From Octopus vulgaris (Eukaryota): a stretch of 64,000 bases of DNA. The notes beneath the pieces were generated by a model that was given only the letters and a program-made list of their open reading frames with translations, had not been told where the DNA came from and searched no databases. The DNA is taken from NCBI GenBank assembly GCA_951406725.2, contig OX597838.1, positions 14,818,001 through 14,882,000 on the forward strand, written 5' to 3'. Positions 12,960 to 25,551 of this stretch are shown here, in pieces. Each line of letters opens with the position of its first letter. Position 1 is the stretch's first letter. The position numbers were made by a program, and so were the translations under genes.

Positions 12960-13960
12960 AGATGCCAATTTAAATTGTAGGGATGTAATCCAGAATTTTG
13001 GTAACAAGTCTCTTTAACCCTTTAGTGTTCAGATTATTCAATCAAACATAATGCCTATTGATTCCCATTGATTTGAATTAATCATGCATTTTCTCATATC
13101 TTCAAGATCTTGATGGTGTAATTACTTAATGTAGAATAACATTGTAGGGTAGGTGTGAGAGCCTGGATCTGGTCAGTTTGAACATAAAACAGATTAACTA
13201 TTTTGGCCGGATATGGCCGGTTTAAATACTAAAGGGCTAAATCTCAGAATCTTTCTTAGGTTTCTTTGCAGATGAAACTTTTCTGTAGTTTGACAATGTT
13301 TTTGTCTCAATTTCAGTATCCTTCAGCCTCTTTTGTAGTAGCAGTTAAGCTGTTGTGCCTTGTGCACTAATTACCACACTAATTACAGTTTTCACCTTTG
13401 CAATCTGTAATCTCTTCATCTTGATATTTTTCAATTTTCTCAGTTTTGTAATATTCATTCTGTTATCAACATGGGATTGCAAAGTCTATAGTCTTACAGT
13501 GCTTGTTTTTTTTGTCTTTTGCTTCTTCCACAATTATATTTGGTCTCTTTGATTCAGTAGCGTAGAGCAATCTCTATGGAGAAATCCTATAATTATTATT
13601 CACCACGACAATTTCTGACTCATGGTCACACCACTTGTCCATCACTTCAAATCTACAAATTGCAGTTAACTGATACAGTCATGCATTTAAATGCCTTTTG
13701 TTCTAGCTTCCTGCATTCACTTGGTTAATTTTTTCATCCTCTTTTCCACACACTCTGCATTTATTGCCTTACTTTTCTTTGATCAATCTTCATCTCTATG
13801 TATAAACTGGCTATATTTGTCCTGTCATTTTCTTTCTGTTTTTGAAATCTTTTCCTGTTTCAGTGACTTTGATATTTCTAGCTGCTGTTAATAGGCTTTT
13901 CTCTCTGTGTACAAAATACAGTTTCTCAACTCTAAGATTGCAACACTGACAGTTTCTTCT
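12960..13960 (-). mobile_element. Decayed 3' end of a non-LTR retrotransposon with restriction-like endonuclease (R4/Dong-like clade)
   Basis: Minus-strand fragments with stops and frameshifts read KCRVCGKEDEKINQVNAG (degenerate CCHC finger), DKWCDHESEIVVVNNNY, SKRPNIIVEE, IDFAIP, EKIEKYQD and LRKILR. This is the motif order of the R4/Dong RLE domain. Confidence 0.8.
13018..13236. mobile_element. piggyBac-type MITE P2 nested in the R4/Dong-like relic
   Basis: TTAA-CCCTTTAGTGTT ... AATACTAAAGGG-CTAA. Confidence 0.85.
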
Positions 13961-14217
13961 GCATTTAACTCTGTAGCATTCAAACCAGCCAAATCTGGCC
14001 CAAATATTCTACCTTATTTTATGTTCAAATTAAAAAGGGTAAAGTTGCCTTCTTGAGTCATGCTAACTTATAAGGACCAGTTTCTTTGTTTCCATGGCGT
14101 ATATATTCCCCCACCAGTCTATCGCTGGATTACTAAGATTATTAAGAAGGAATTTGCTGTCAATTGTAGCATGTTGGGTGCTTATATAGAGGCTCCCTCA
14201 TTGGCTCATTCATATAA

Positions 14218-14442
14218 GCCATTTGCATTTAAACCAGCCATATCCAGTCAAAATATTCTGCCTGTCTTATGTCCAAACCAATCCGATCATGCCTCTCACA
14301 CCTACCATAGAATGTTATTCTAAAAATCAATGAATCACATCAAAATCCAGAAGCCACGAGATAATAATGTATGATTAATTCCAAACAGTGTGAATAAATA
14401 AGCAATACATTTGACAGAATAATATGGGAGTCAAAGGGATAA
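14218..14442 (-). mobile_element. MITE P2, diverged, opposite orientation
   Basis: Reverse complement of the 54014-54232 copy. Confidence 0.7.
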
Positions 14443-15208
14443 ACCATTCTTGACCCTGTCCCTACATTACAAATGATGATAATAATTCTGATTTTAGCAG
14501 AAGCCTGGCAACTTTTGAGTATTTCAACTTTGGTGGGATTTGAACTCAGAATGTAAAGAGTTGGAACAAATACCACAAGGCATTTTATTGTTTCTAATAA
14601 CTCTACCAATCTGCTGCCCTCAATGATAAAATCGACTTTAGAAGAATATGAACTCGGAGTGTAAAGGGCCCAAAGAAATGCTGCTAAGCATTTTATCTGA
14701 CTTGTTAACAATTCTACTAGCTCCCTACTTTAATTATAACCCTTTTTACGTTACTCATCATTATACGGCCGCTTTCCATGCTGGCATGGGCTGGGCAGTT
14801 TGACTAAGGACTGGTTAGCCAGAGGCTGCACCAGGCTCCAATCTGATCTGGCAAAGTTTCAACAGCTGGATGCCCTTCATAACACCAACCACTCTGAGAG
14901 GGTACTGGGTGCTTTTACGTGCCACCAGCACAAGGGCCAGTCCGGCGGTACTGGCAACGATCACGCTCAAAAGGTGTTTTTACATGCTACCTGCACGGGA
15001 GCCAGTCCAATGGCATTGGCAATGACCACGCTTGAATGGTGCTTTTCACATGTCACCGGCACAGGAGCCAATCTGGCCCTGGCAACAATCATGCTCAGAT
15101 GTGCTTTTAACATTCCACTGGCATGAGTGGAATGTGGCTGCAAAACAAGTTTTTAACTACACAACCATTGAACCTTTTATCAAGGCACATTGTACCAAAA
15201 GACATCAT

Positions 15209-15918
15209 CTTTAATAATCATCATCTTCATCTAGCATCCAGTTTCCATGCTGGCATGGGTTGGACAGTTTGACAGGAGCTGACCAGGTGAAGGGCTGTTC
15301 AGGCTCATTGTCTTGTTTTGGCATGGTTTCTATGGTTGGATGTCCCTTCCTAATGCCAACCACATTACAGAGTGCATTAGGTGCTTTTACGCAAGACCAG
15401 CATGGGTGCTTTTTATGTGGCACCAGCACCAACAAGCTTGCAAGATTAGGGATGCTCAGCAGGAGAGGGTTGCAGGAGACGAGCCTGTATGCAAGGGTAA
15501 CCAAGCCTTTCCTTAGCTTGACCTGTCTTTTCAAGCACAGCAAACTGCTAGGGAGTCTCCGTCCCCTGCCATCCCATCTGAGAGTCCCAACATTTGTAGA
15601 TCCTTTCTCACCACTTTGTCCCACGTCTTCCTGGGTCTACTCCTTCCACATGTTCCCTCTACATTTAAAGATTGGCACCTCTTCATGTAACTGTCTTTGT
15701 TCATATGCATTACATGGCCATACCAGTATAATCTTCTCTTTTGCACACTTCGTCTGATGCTACGTATATCCAGTTTTTCTCCCAAATTAGTTACACTCTT
15801 ATCATACATGCACACTGATATTACCCATCCAGCAAAACATACTGACTTCGTTTCTTTCAAATCTTCTCATATCCTCAGTAGTCGCAGTCCATGTCTCACT
15901 GCCATGCAGCAGCATCTT
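15209..15918 (-). mobile_element. RTE-clade LINE 3' relic
   Basis: ORF 15531-15860 reads KRRLYWYGHVMHM...GRSRPRKTWDKVVRKDL, typical of the RTE ORF C-terminus, followed by a 3' UTR and (GAT)n tail. Confidence 0.85.
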
Positions 15919-16561
15919 TAATAATGATATTACAAAATCTTTTCCAAATTCTTGATGATTTCCTACAATAAATTGAAACCTGAATAGTTTGTTTCTTCGT
16001 TAGAATTATAGTCAGGTACCAATTAGAATGTATTTATATATATTTTAGCTGAACCCATGAAAATTCCTTGTTTTATCAATTCTTTTAACTTTCATTTCAT
16101 TGTATAGATTTTCCTGACATTTTTTCATGATGTTAAAGAATTTGAAATTTGCCTTCAGTTTCATTCCATAGTTAAGGTTATTTCTAGTGTAACCATCAAA
16201 CTTGTTTCATTGTATTGAAGATTACACTTGTGCCTTTGGTTTCACTCCATAGGTAAAGCTATTTAAAGTAAAACACACAAATGGCATTGACTCGGAAAGT
16301 ATCATTAAACCCTTCTGAAACTACTTTTGATTTTAGGAATCCCTTGAGATTCTTGTGTTTGAAAATTAGTTGAAACATGGAAGGTCTTGGAAATCATCAG
16401 CAGCTTTTTTATGTCAGCTTTTTTCTTTGTTGACGTGGGTTGGGTCAAGACTTCTCGAGGCATTATTCTGTGACTGAATTCCCTTCTTGTTTTCAAAAAA
16501 GGTACTTTATTCTGGTGGTCTTCATATGTTTAACTATTGAGCTGTGTAGAACATAATAGTA

Positions 16562-16797
16562 TAGTGATAGACTCATGACACATGAGTGATGGGCTCACGA
16601 CACATGAGTGATGGGCTCACGACATGAGTGATAGACTCACAACACATGAGTGATAAACTCACGACACATGAGTAATGGACTCATGACATATGAGAGATGG
16701 ACTCACGACATATGAGTGATGGACTCACGACACATGAGTGATGGACTCATGACATGAGTGATAGACTCACGACACATGAGTGATGGACTCACGACAT
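16562..16797. repeat. Minisatellite, 20-22 bp x 11
   Basis: Unit catgagtgatggactcacgaca. Confidence 0.92.
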
Positions 16798-18117
16798 AGT
16801 GCTCAGCTTTTGCCAAACAGTCTGCTCAAATGATTCGTTTAAAATAATCAAATGCTTGTGCTGTGCATCTCTCCATCAAATCGACATTGTCTGAACAGGT
16901 GCAGTGTGTACCACACATCAAGTGTCAAAATGACCACAGAGCAGCGTGAGATGAAGTGGTTTGCTCAAGAACACAATGCACCACCCAGTCTAGGAATTGA
17001 AACTACAATCTTGCAATCATGAGTGCAATACCCTAACCACTGGGTCATGCTTCCTCTACTATAGTAATAATAATAGTAATGATGATAATACATTGGTCAT
17101 GATTGCCCAAGTGGTGTCAATACAAGACATGCCAAAACAAACACACACACACACACCCATACATATGATACTCTTGTCAGTCATTAGACTGTGGCCTTGC
17201 TGGAGCACTGCCTCGACGGGTATTATTTATATTGACACTGCTATTTGTGTGTGTTTTTTTTATTAAATAAAATCTGAAGTCGTTTGAGTGATCTATATTT
17301 ATCACACTGCTAAGTTTTGGGGCATAAACAGACCCCATTCTTATTTCAAGTGATCACGTGTAAAAACAAAGTCTCTCTCTCTCACACACACATACACAGA
17401 ATAGGCTTCCATGTATTTTCTGCCTACCAATTTCACTCGAAAGGCATGGTCATCCTGAGGCTGTAATCGAAGCCACTTGACCAAACTATCATGCTGTGAG
17501 ACAAAAACCAAAACCGTATGGCTCAAAAGCAAATTCTTAACCATAGGCTATACCTGTACCACACACACACACACACACACCTAGATATAGGGCTTCCCTA
17601 GTCTCCCTGCCAAATTTTGCGCACAAGATATTGGTTAACCTAAGGCTATAGATTAGTGACTTATCTAGGGTTCATATAAAATTTTGTTAAAATTTATGAA
17701 CAACAAACTGGTTATATATCTCCAATACACAAAATAGTTTAATCTTTTTAAACAATTTTTAATAATATTTAATTGCACGCTGGGGTCAATGTAATAGACT
17801 TACCCACACACAAACACCCAAATTACTGGTCTTGTACCACAATGAGAAATCAGTTTTAATTATTTTTATATCCTTGTGTTGGATATATAACGAAAGTATT
17901 TACGCGATGCACTACTTTTGCTATTAGACAAGACTCACCACTCTCAATGACAGCTCACAGTGAACTGCTTGCCAACCCGAACTCCTGACGACTCAACAGT
18001 TGTCTATTTAATAGAAATGTCTCAGTCCAATTTTAGTCACAGTGGGGGTGATCAGAATCCTTCCTCAACAGTTTCTGCAAAATAGGGGTAGCTTATCCTG
18101 TTCAGGCTATATTATTT

Positions 18118-18350
18118 ATTTCTTTATTGCCCACAGGGGGCTAAACATAGAGGGTACAAACAAGGATAGACAAAGTCTATTAAGTCGATTACATCGACCC
18201 CAGTGCGTAATTGGTACTTATTTAATCGACCCCGAAAGGATGAAAGGCAAAGTCGACCTTGGTGGAATTTGAGCTCAGAACGTAACGGCAGACGAAACAT
18301 CGCTAGCCATTTCGCCCGGCGTGCTAACATTTCTGCCAGCTCGCCGCCTT
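18118..18350 (-). mobile_element. SINE family A (full length)
   Basis: Reverse complement of the 1117 copy; TSD ctatattatt at 18108-18117 and 18352-18361. Confidence 0.9.
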
Positions 18351-18518
18351 ACTATATTATTAGTTCAGGCTATATTATTAGCATTATCCTGTGTTTGAGA
18401 ATTTAAAATCACTTCTTTAACTTTCTAAGACATCTCAGCGCTTCTTTGAATTTAACGTATGATAGTGTCTCATAAAGTGAGATTATATATCTTAAATTTG
18501 CGGAAGAATTTGTGGTGT

Positions 18519-18592
18519 GGGCAGTTTAGCTTAAAGGTTTAGAGCACCGCGACGCATAATCACAGGTGTGTGAGTTCGTGTCTCATAGCCAC
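18519..18592 (+). pseudogene. tRNA-like relic (pseudo-tRNA or isolated SINE head)
   Basis: tagcttaaaggtttagagca (A-box/D-arm-like), a cgCATaa loop and gagttcgtgtctc (T-arm-like). Stems are imperfect. Confidence 0.35.
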
Positions 18593-19040
18593 CTGCCAAC
18601 ACTTTTTTCTGCAAAATAGGGGTAACTTATCGTGTTCAGGTTATATTATTGGCATTATCCTGTGTTTGAGAATTTAAAATCACTTTTTTAACAATATAAT
18701 ATGAGTTTTTAGACGTGAGATGGCTAAGAGGGTCCAACTGATCAAAATAAGGACCAAAGGGATCCATAGGCAAAAAAATGGTCAAGAATCGCAACTATAG
18801 AAGCTGACCATAACAGTAAGATCAAACCTAAGAAATGATTAATGTTTCTGTAGATCTCCCCCACTCCCATACACAGACACATGCATACAATTAGTATTGT
18901 GTCATCACAGTGACCAGTACCAATACCGTCATCACCACCACCACCACCAGCACATCTACCAAAGCTATTGTTTCTGCTGCTGCTGCTATCGTTGCTGCTG
19001 CTATTTTCAAGACAACCTTCTTCTTCAACATGGGATTTTC

Positions 19041-22000
19041 GCTTGGCTTGCCATCCAACCCGGTCTGATCCAGCTCCAATGAACTTAACAGCCGATTCCC
19101 AAGCTCCACAACCGTCATCCACAAGGTCTTTGTCCCTTCCTTGGCTTGCCATCCAACCCGGTCTGATCCAGCTCCACTGAACTTGACAGCCGATTCCCAA
19201 GTTCCACAACCGTCATCCGCAAGGTCTTTGTCCGTTCCTTGGCTTGCCATCCAACCCGGTCTGATCCAGCTCCAATGAACTTGACAGCCGATTCCCAAGT
19301 TCCACAACCGTCATCCGCAAGGTCTTTGTCCGTTCCTTGGCTTGCCATCCAACCCGGTCTGATCCAGCTCCAATGAACTTGACAGCCGATTCCCAAGATC
19401 CACAACCGTCATCCTCAAGGTCTTTGTCCCTTCCTTGGCTTGCCATCCAACCCAGTCTGATCCAGCTCCACTGAACTTAACAGCTGATTCCCAAGTTCCA
19501 CAACCATCATCCGCAAGGTCTTTGTCCCTTCCTTGGCTTGCCATCCAACCTGGTCTGATCCAGCTCCACTGAACTTAACAGCTGATTCCCAAGTTCCACA
19601 ACCATCATCCGCAAGGTCTTTGTCCTTTCCTTGGCTTGCCATCCAACCCGGTCTGATCCAGCTCCACTGAACTTGACAGCCGATTCCCAAGTTCCACAAC
19701 CGTCATCCGCAAGGTCTTTGTCCGTTCCTTGGCTTGCCATCCAACCCAGTCTGATCCAGCTCCACTGAACTTAACAGCCGATTCCCAAGTTCCACAACCG
19801 TCATCCGCAAGGTCTCTCTCTCCCTTCCTTGGCTTGCCATCCAACCCGGTCTGATCCAGCTCCACTGAACTTGACAGCCGATTCCCAAGTTCCACAACCG
19901 TCATCCGCAAGGTCTTTGTCCGTTCCTTGGCTTGCCATCCAACCCAGTCTGATCCAGCTCCAATGAACTTAACAGCCGATTCCCAAGTTCCACAACCGTC
20001 ATCCGCAAGGTCTCTCTCTCCCTTCCTTGGCTTGCCATCCAACCCAGTCTGATCCAGCTCCACTGAACTTGACAGCCGATTCCCAAGTTCCACAACCGTC
20101 ATCCGCAAGGTCTTTCTCCCTTCCTTGGCTTGCCATCCAACCCAGTCTGATCCAGCTCCACTGAACTTGACAGCCGATTCCCAAGTTCCACAACCGTCAT
20201 CCGCAAGGTCTCTCTCTCCCTTCCCTGGCTTGCCGTCCAACCCGGTCTGATCCAGCTCCAATGAACTTAACAGGCGATTCCCAAGTTCCACAACCGTCAT
20301 CCGCAAGGTCTTTCTCCCTTCCTTGGCTTGCCATCCAACCCGGTCTGATCCAGCTCCACTGAACTTAACAGCCGATTCCCAAGTTCCACAACCGTCATCT
20401 GCAAGGTCTTTGTCCCTTCCTTGGCTTGCCATCCAATCCGGTCTGATCCAGCTCCAATGAACTTGACAGCTGATTCCCAAGTTCCACAACCGTCATCCGC
20501 AAGGTCTTTCTCCCTTCCTTGGCTTGCCGTCCAACCCGGTCTGATCCAGCTCCACTGAACTTAACAGCCGATTCCCAAGTTCCACAACCGTCATCCGCAA
20601 GGTTTTTGTCCCTTCCTTGGCTTGCCATCCAACCCGGTCTGATCCAGCTCCAATGAACTTGACAGCTGATTCCCAAGTTCCACAACCGTCATCCGCAAGG
20701 TCTTTCTCCCTTCCTTGGCTTGCCGTCCAACCCGGTCTGATCCAGCTCCACTGAACTTAACAGGCGATTCCCAAGTTCCACAACCGTCATCCGCAAGGTC
20801 TTTGTCCCTTCCTTGGCTTGCCGTCCAACCCGGTCTGATCCAGCTCCACTGAACTTAACAGCAGATTCCCAAGTTCCACAACCGTCATCCGCAAGGTCTT
20901 TGTCCCTTCCTTGGCTTGCCGTCCAACCCGGTCTGATCCAGCTCCACTGAACTTAACAGCCGATTCCCAAGTTCCACAACCGTCATCCGCAAGGTCTTTC
21001 TTCCTTCCTTCCTTGGCTTGCCGTCCAACCTGGTCTGATCCAGCTCCACTGAACTTAACAGCCAATTCCCAAGTTCCACAACCGTCATCCGCAAGGTCTT
21101 TCTCCCTTCCTTCCTTGGCTTGCCGTCCAACCCAGTCTGATCCAGCTCCACTGAACTTAACAGCCAATTCCCAAGTTCCACAACCGTCATCCGCAAGGTC
21201 TTTCTCCCTTCCTTCCTTGGCTTGCCGTCCAACCTGGTCTGATCCAGCTCCACTGAACTTAACAGCCGATTCCCAAGTTCCACAACCATCATCCGCAAGG
21301 TCTTTGTCCCTTCCTTGGCTTGCCGTCCAACCCGGTCTGATCCAGCTCCACTGAACTTGAACAGCCGATTCCCAAGTTCCACAACCGTCATCCGCAAGGT
21401 CTCTCTCCCCTTCCTTGGCTTGCGGTCCAACCCGGTCTGATCCAGCTCCAATGAACTTCACAGCCGATTCCCAAGTTCCACAACCGTCATCCGCAAGGTC
21501 TCTCTCCCTTCCTTGGCTTGCCATCCAACCCGGTCTGATCCAGCTCCACTGAACTTAACAGCCGATTCCCAAGTTCCACAACCGTCATCCGCAAGGTCTT
21601 TGTCCCTTCCTTGGCTTGCCATCCAACCCGGTCTGATCCAGCTCCACTGAACTTAACAGCCGATTCCCAAGTTCCACAACCGTCATCCGCAAGGTCTTTC
21701 TCCCTTCCTTGGCTTGCCATCCAACCCGGTCTGATCCAGCTCCAATGAACTTAACAGCTGATTCCCAAGTTCCACAACCGTCATCCGCAAGGTCTTTGTC
21801 CCTTCTCTGGCTTGCCATCCAGCTCCACTGAACTTGACAGCCGATTCCCAAGTTCCACAACCGTCATCCGCAAGGTCTTTCTCCCTTCCTTGGCTTGCCA
21901 TCCAACCCGGTCTGATCCAGCTCCAATGAACTTGACAGCCGATTCTCAAGTTCCACAAACGTCATCCTCAAGGTCTTTCTCCCTTCCTTGGCTTGCCATC

Positions 22001-22265
22001 CAACCTGGTCTGATCCAGCTCCACTGAACTTGACAGCCGATTCCCAAGTTCCACAACCGTCATCCGCAAGGTCTTTCTCCCTTCCAGTCAACCGTCATCC
22101 GCAAGGTCTTTCTTTCCCTTCCAGCTCCAATGAACTTGACAGCCGATTGCCAAGTTCCACAACCGTCATCTGTAAGGTCTTTGTCCCTTCTTTGGCTTGC
22201 CATCCAGCTCCACTGAACTTGACAGCCGATTCCCAAGCTACATTTTCGTCATCCGCAAGGTCTCT
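19041..22265. repeat. Tandem array of about 33 units of 98 bp (100/102/83-bp variants)
   Basis: Unit ccttggcttgccatccaacccggtctgatccagctccactgaacttgacagccgattcccaagttccacaaccgtcatccgcaaggtctttgtccctt. Counted by eye through the tccagctcca motif; only a few substitutions per unit. Confidence 0.97.
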
Positions 22266-23433
22266 CTCTCCCTACCTCGCAAGATCCTTTCACCTGCCTC
22301 TGCCACCAATCACCACCAACCAGACACTTCCCTCCATTCCTGCCTCTCTGGTTTGCTACCTTCCATGTCCTCACTATTGCAATATAATAAAATGGCTATT
22401 TTCCACTTTCTAACAGGCACTATGAGCAGTTAGAGCGGAGGTAGTTTTGACTGTTTAGTAAAAGGGGAGGCACAGGCACAGAAATTTACTTAGAACCTCC
22501 TCAGCCAGACCTCCTCTCACTAGGCAAGTTCACTTTTCATCATCTCTAACTCTCTATCTCTCTCTCTCTCTACCTCTCTCTCTTACCTTATTACCTTTCT
22601 ATTCTTCTACCTCCCTCTCTACCTTTCTCTCTCTCTCTCTCTCTCTGTCTTTTTACCGCTTTTCTACTCCCTCACTTAGTTATTGTTTTCTTTCCTTTAT
22701 TTCTTTTTTCCGTTTCATTTCATTCTCCTCATCAGTTTCACCTCTGTCACTACCACCACCACCACCACCACCACAGTTACTACCTCAACCACCTCCACCA
22801 CCACCACCACCACAACTACCATTACTATTTCAACCACTCTCACCATCCCCACAGCCTGTTCTCTCATTAGTTCCTACTAATTTTTCGCTTTACACACATA
22901 CATACACACACACACATTTACACACACATATATACACAAGATCAATACACACAACCACAATATACACAATAATCATCATCATCATCATCATCACACCACT
23001 ACTATTTGCCAAATCTCTATTTCAATTCCTGACTCTCTCTCTCTCTCTTTCATACACCATTTTCTCTCTCTCCCCCCACAACACACAAAAGTTCCAAGAG
23101 AGAGAAAAGCCACATTTTTATACATATTTTTTTCTTTAGGTTTATTTTTTTCCTTGATTTAAATCCCATCCCAATTTGTTAATTTCTTAATTATGTTACC
23201 ACCACCAACATAATTATTATTATTATTTATTCATATTTTATTTTCATTTATTTTTACCTTTGTTTAGCCTGTTTATTTAATTACCCTACTCCTCAAGGTG
23301 TGTGTACATAGGTGGGAGGGCGGGATGGAGATTATTTTTTACAATTTTGTTTGTTTTTTTTTTTTTTTTATATATTTATTCAAAGCAGAAAATAGTCAAT
23401 GCTGTTGTTTTTTTTATTTGTTTGTCTAAATTG

Positions 23434-23478
<45 letters not shown>

Positions 23479-24443
23479 CTGATTTTATTTTTATGTTTGT
23501 TTATTTTTTGTTTCTTTTATTTCAAGTTGTCCTCTACAATATTGTTGTTGTTGTTGTGGCTGTATAAAGTGTTTTTGTAATCTTGTCCAGTTTTGTATGA
23601 GAGACTTGTACACCAACACACTCTTTACCATGTCCACCAATAATACCAAGCATACAAAAAAAATAAGATACATTATACACCTCTACATTTTAATAAAAGT
23701 CAGGGAGGTCACAGTTGGATTGACTTCAATCAGAAGACCTACTCTCTCGGAACCAACTCCGGGTTAAGTAATAGTATTGCTTTCACTAAACTTCATCCAG
23801 TGTCCAAATACCGCTACAGGTTTTTAGATGGGTACCCTAAGCAAATCAGACATCCTCCTGGAAGTAACACTAGCTGGACATACTGCTCTCTGTTAGGTCT
23901 TTTCACTTCTCACTTCGGAAAGTGGAAGATTTGATCTCCTCCCCACTAACTTCCACCTGCTCTTTCTCTCACTCTCTCTCTCTCTCTCTCTCACACACAT
24001 GCACACCCACACACACCACTTAGCATTTTCCCCTCCCAGTTTTCCAGTTGAAAGCCTGACCTCACTTAGTTCACAAGGAGACATGGTACTGCTACTGTTT
24101 TAAGAACATTGAATTGTCCTGCATTTTGAGATGTTTTTCTCACATTTGGGAGAATGTTAAGGAAAGATTACTGGCCCACCAGACACCACACACAGAAACA
24201 CCAGGTTTCCATGCAGTTTCCATTTTACCAATTTCACTCAAAAAGTTATTGGCTGGCTCAAGGCAGTAGTAGAAGACACTTGCTCAAAGTGCCTTGCAGT
24301 GGGACTGATGCTGGGTCCATGTGGTCAGAAAACAAACTTTCTTAACCACATGGCCATAGAATTCTTTCAGTTTTCACCTACTAAATTCATTCAGTAGACT
24401 TAGGTAGCTCTGGGCCAACCAAAGCCTTTTGATTGGATTTAGT

Positions 24444-24876
24444 TACTTCTTTCTTTATTGCCCACAAGGGGCTAACATAAAGGGGACAGACAAAGGGATT
24501 AAGTCGATTACATCGCCCCCAGTGCATAACTGGTACTTAATTTATTGACCCCGAAAAGATGAAAGGCAAAGTTGACCCCGGCGGAATTTGAACTCAGAAC
24601 GTAACGGCAGACGAGATACCGCTAAGCATTTCGCCTGGCGTGCTAACGTTTCTTATTCCTTTATTGCCCACAAGGGGCTAAACATAGAGGAGACAAACAA
24701 GGACAGATAAAGGGATTAAATCGATTACATCAACCCCAGTGCATGACTGGTACTTAATTTATCGACCCCGAAAGGATGAAAGGCAAAGTCGACCTCGGCG
24801 GAATTTTAACTCAGAACGTAACGGCAGACGAAATACCGCTAAGCATTTCACCTGGCGTGCTAACGTTTCTGCCAGT
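24444..24876 (-). mobile_element. Two head-to-tail SINE family A copies
   Basis: Copies at about 24444-24651 and 24652-24876. Confidence 0.85.
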
Positions 24877-25351
24877 TACTGCAAATTGAAAGAAGCCCAT
24901 CATGGCATGGACATGGCTAAGTTCGCATCCTAACCATGTTGTTTCAGGTTCAGTCCCACTGCATGGTACATCTTTTATTATAGCTCATGGCTAAACCAAA
25001 CTTTTTTGAGTGGATTTGGTAGATGGAAACTGAAAGAAGACCACCGTGTCATGTGTATGTTATATGATGTCAAGGCAAGGACAAACACATGCACATTTAT
25101 GATGATGATGATGATAAGTATGTGTGTACCCTTGTTTTGACATCATGCAGTGGTTGTAAATAGGTATCACTGCCGTACTGGCAATGTCCTTCATTTCCAT
25201 TCTTCTGTGAAAATATGTCTGTCCATGGCGAAATACTTCCTTGCTTGGATACAGGTGAGGATTGGCAGCAAGAAGAGTTACTGGCCATTGAAAATCTGCA
25301 TCAAAAATTATGTCTGACCCATGTAAGTATGGAAAATGATGATGATAGATG

Positions 25352-25407
<56 letters not shown>

Positions 25408-25499
25408 GATAATGAGTGTGTTTGTATATGTATGTATGTATCTATATATATATATATATATATACACATATAGATAATGAGTGTGTTTGTATATGTATG

Positions 25500-25551
<52 letters not shown>

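Noticed and set aside
18854-19082. In-phase alternative last exon after tttctgtAG (His/Cys-rich)
   Set aside because: Weak pyrimidine tract; the peptide derives from CAC/TGC microsatellites and has no HIPK similarity.
20911-21354. + strand repeat ORF with PLNLT (CtBP-motif-like) as a hidden HIPK exon
   Set aside because: The frame is open only where units happen to be 102 bp, there are no convincing splice sites, and 5572 joins 37282 in frame without it.
19041-22265. CRISPR-like array
   Set aside because: Units are repeated in full with no unique spacers, there are no cas genes, and the context is a eukaryotic intron.
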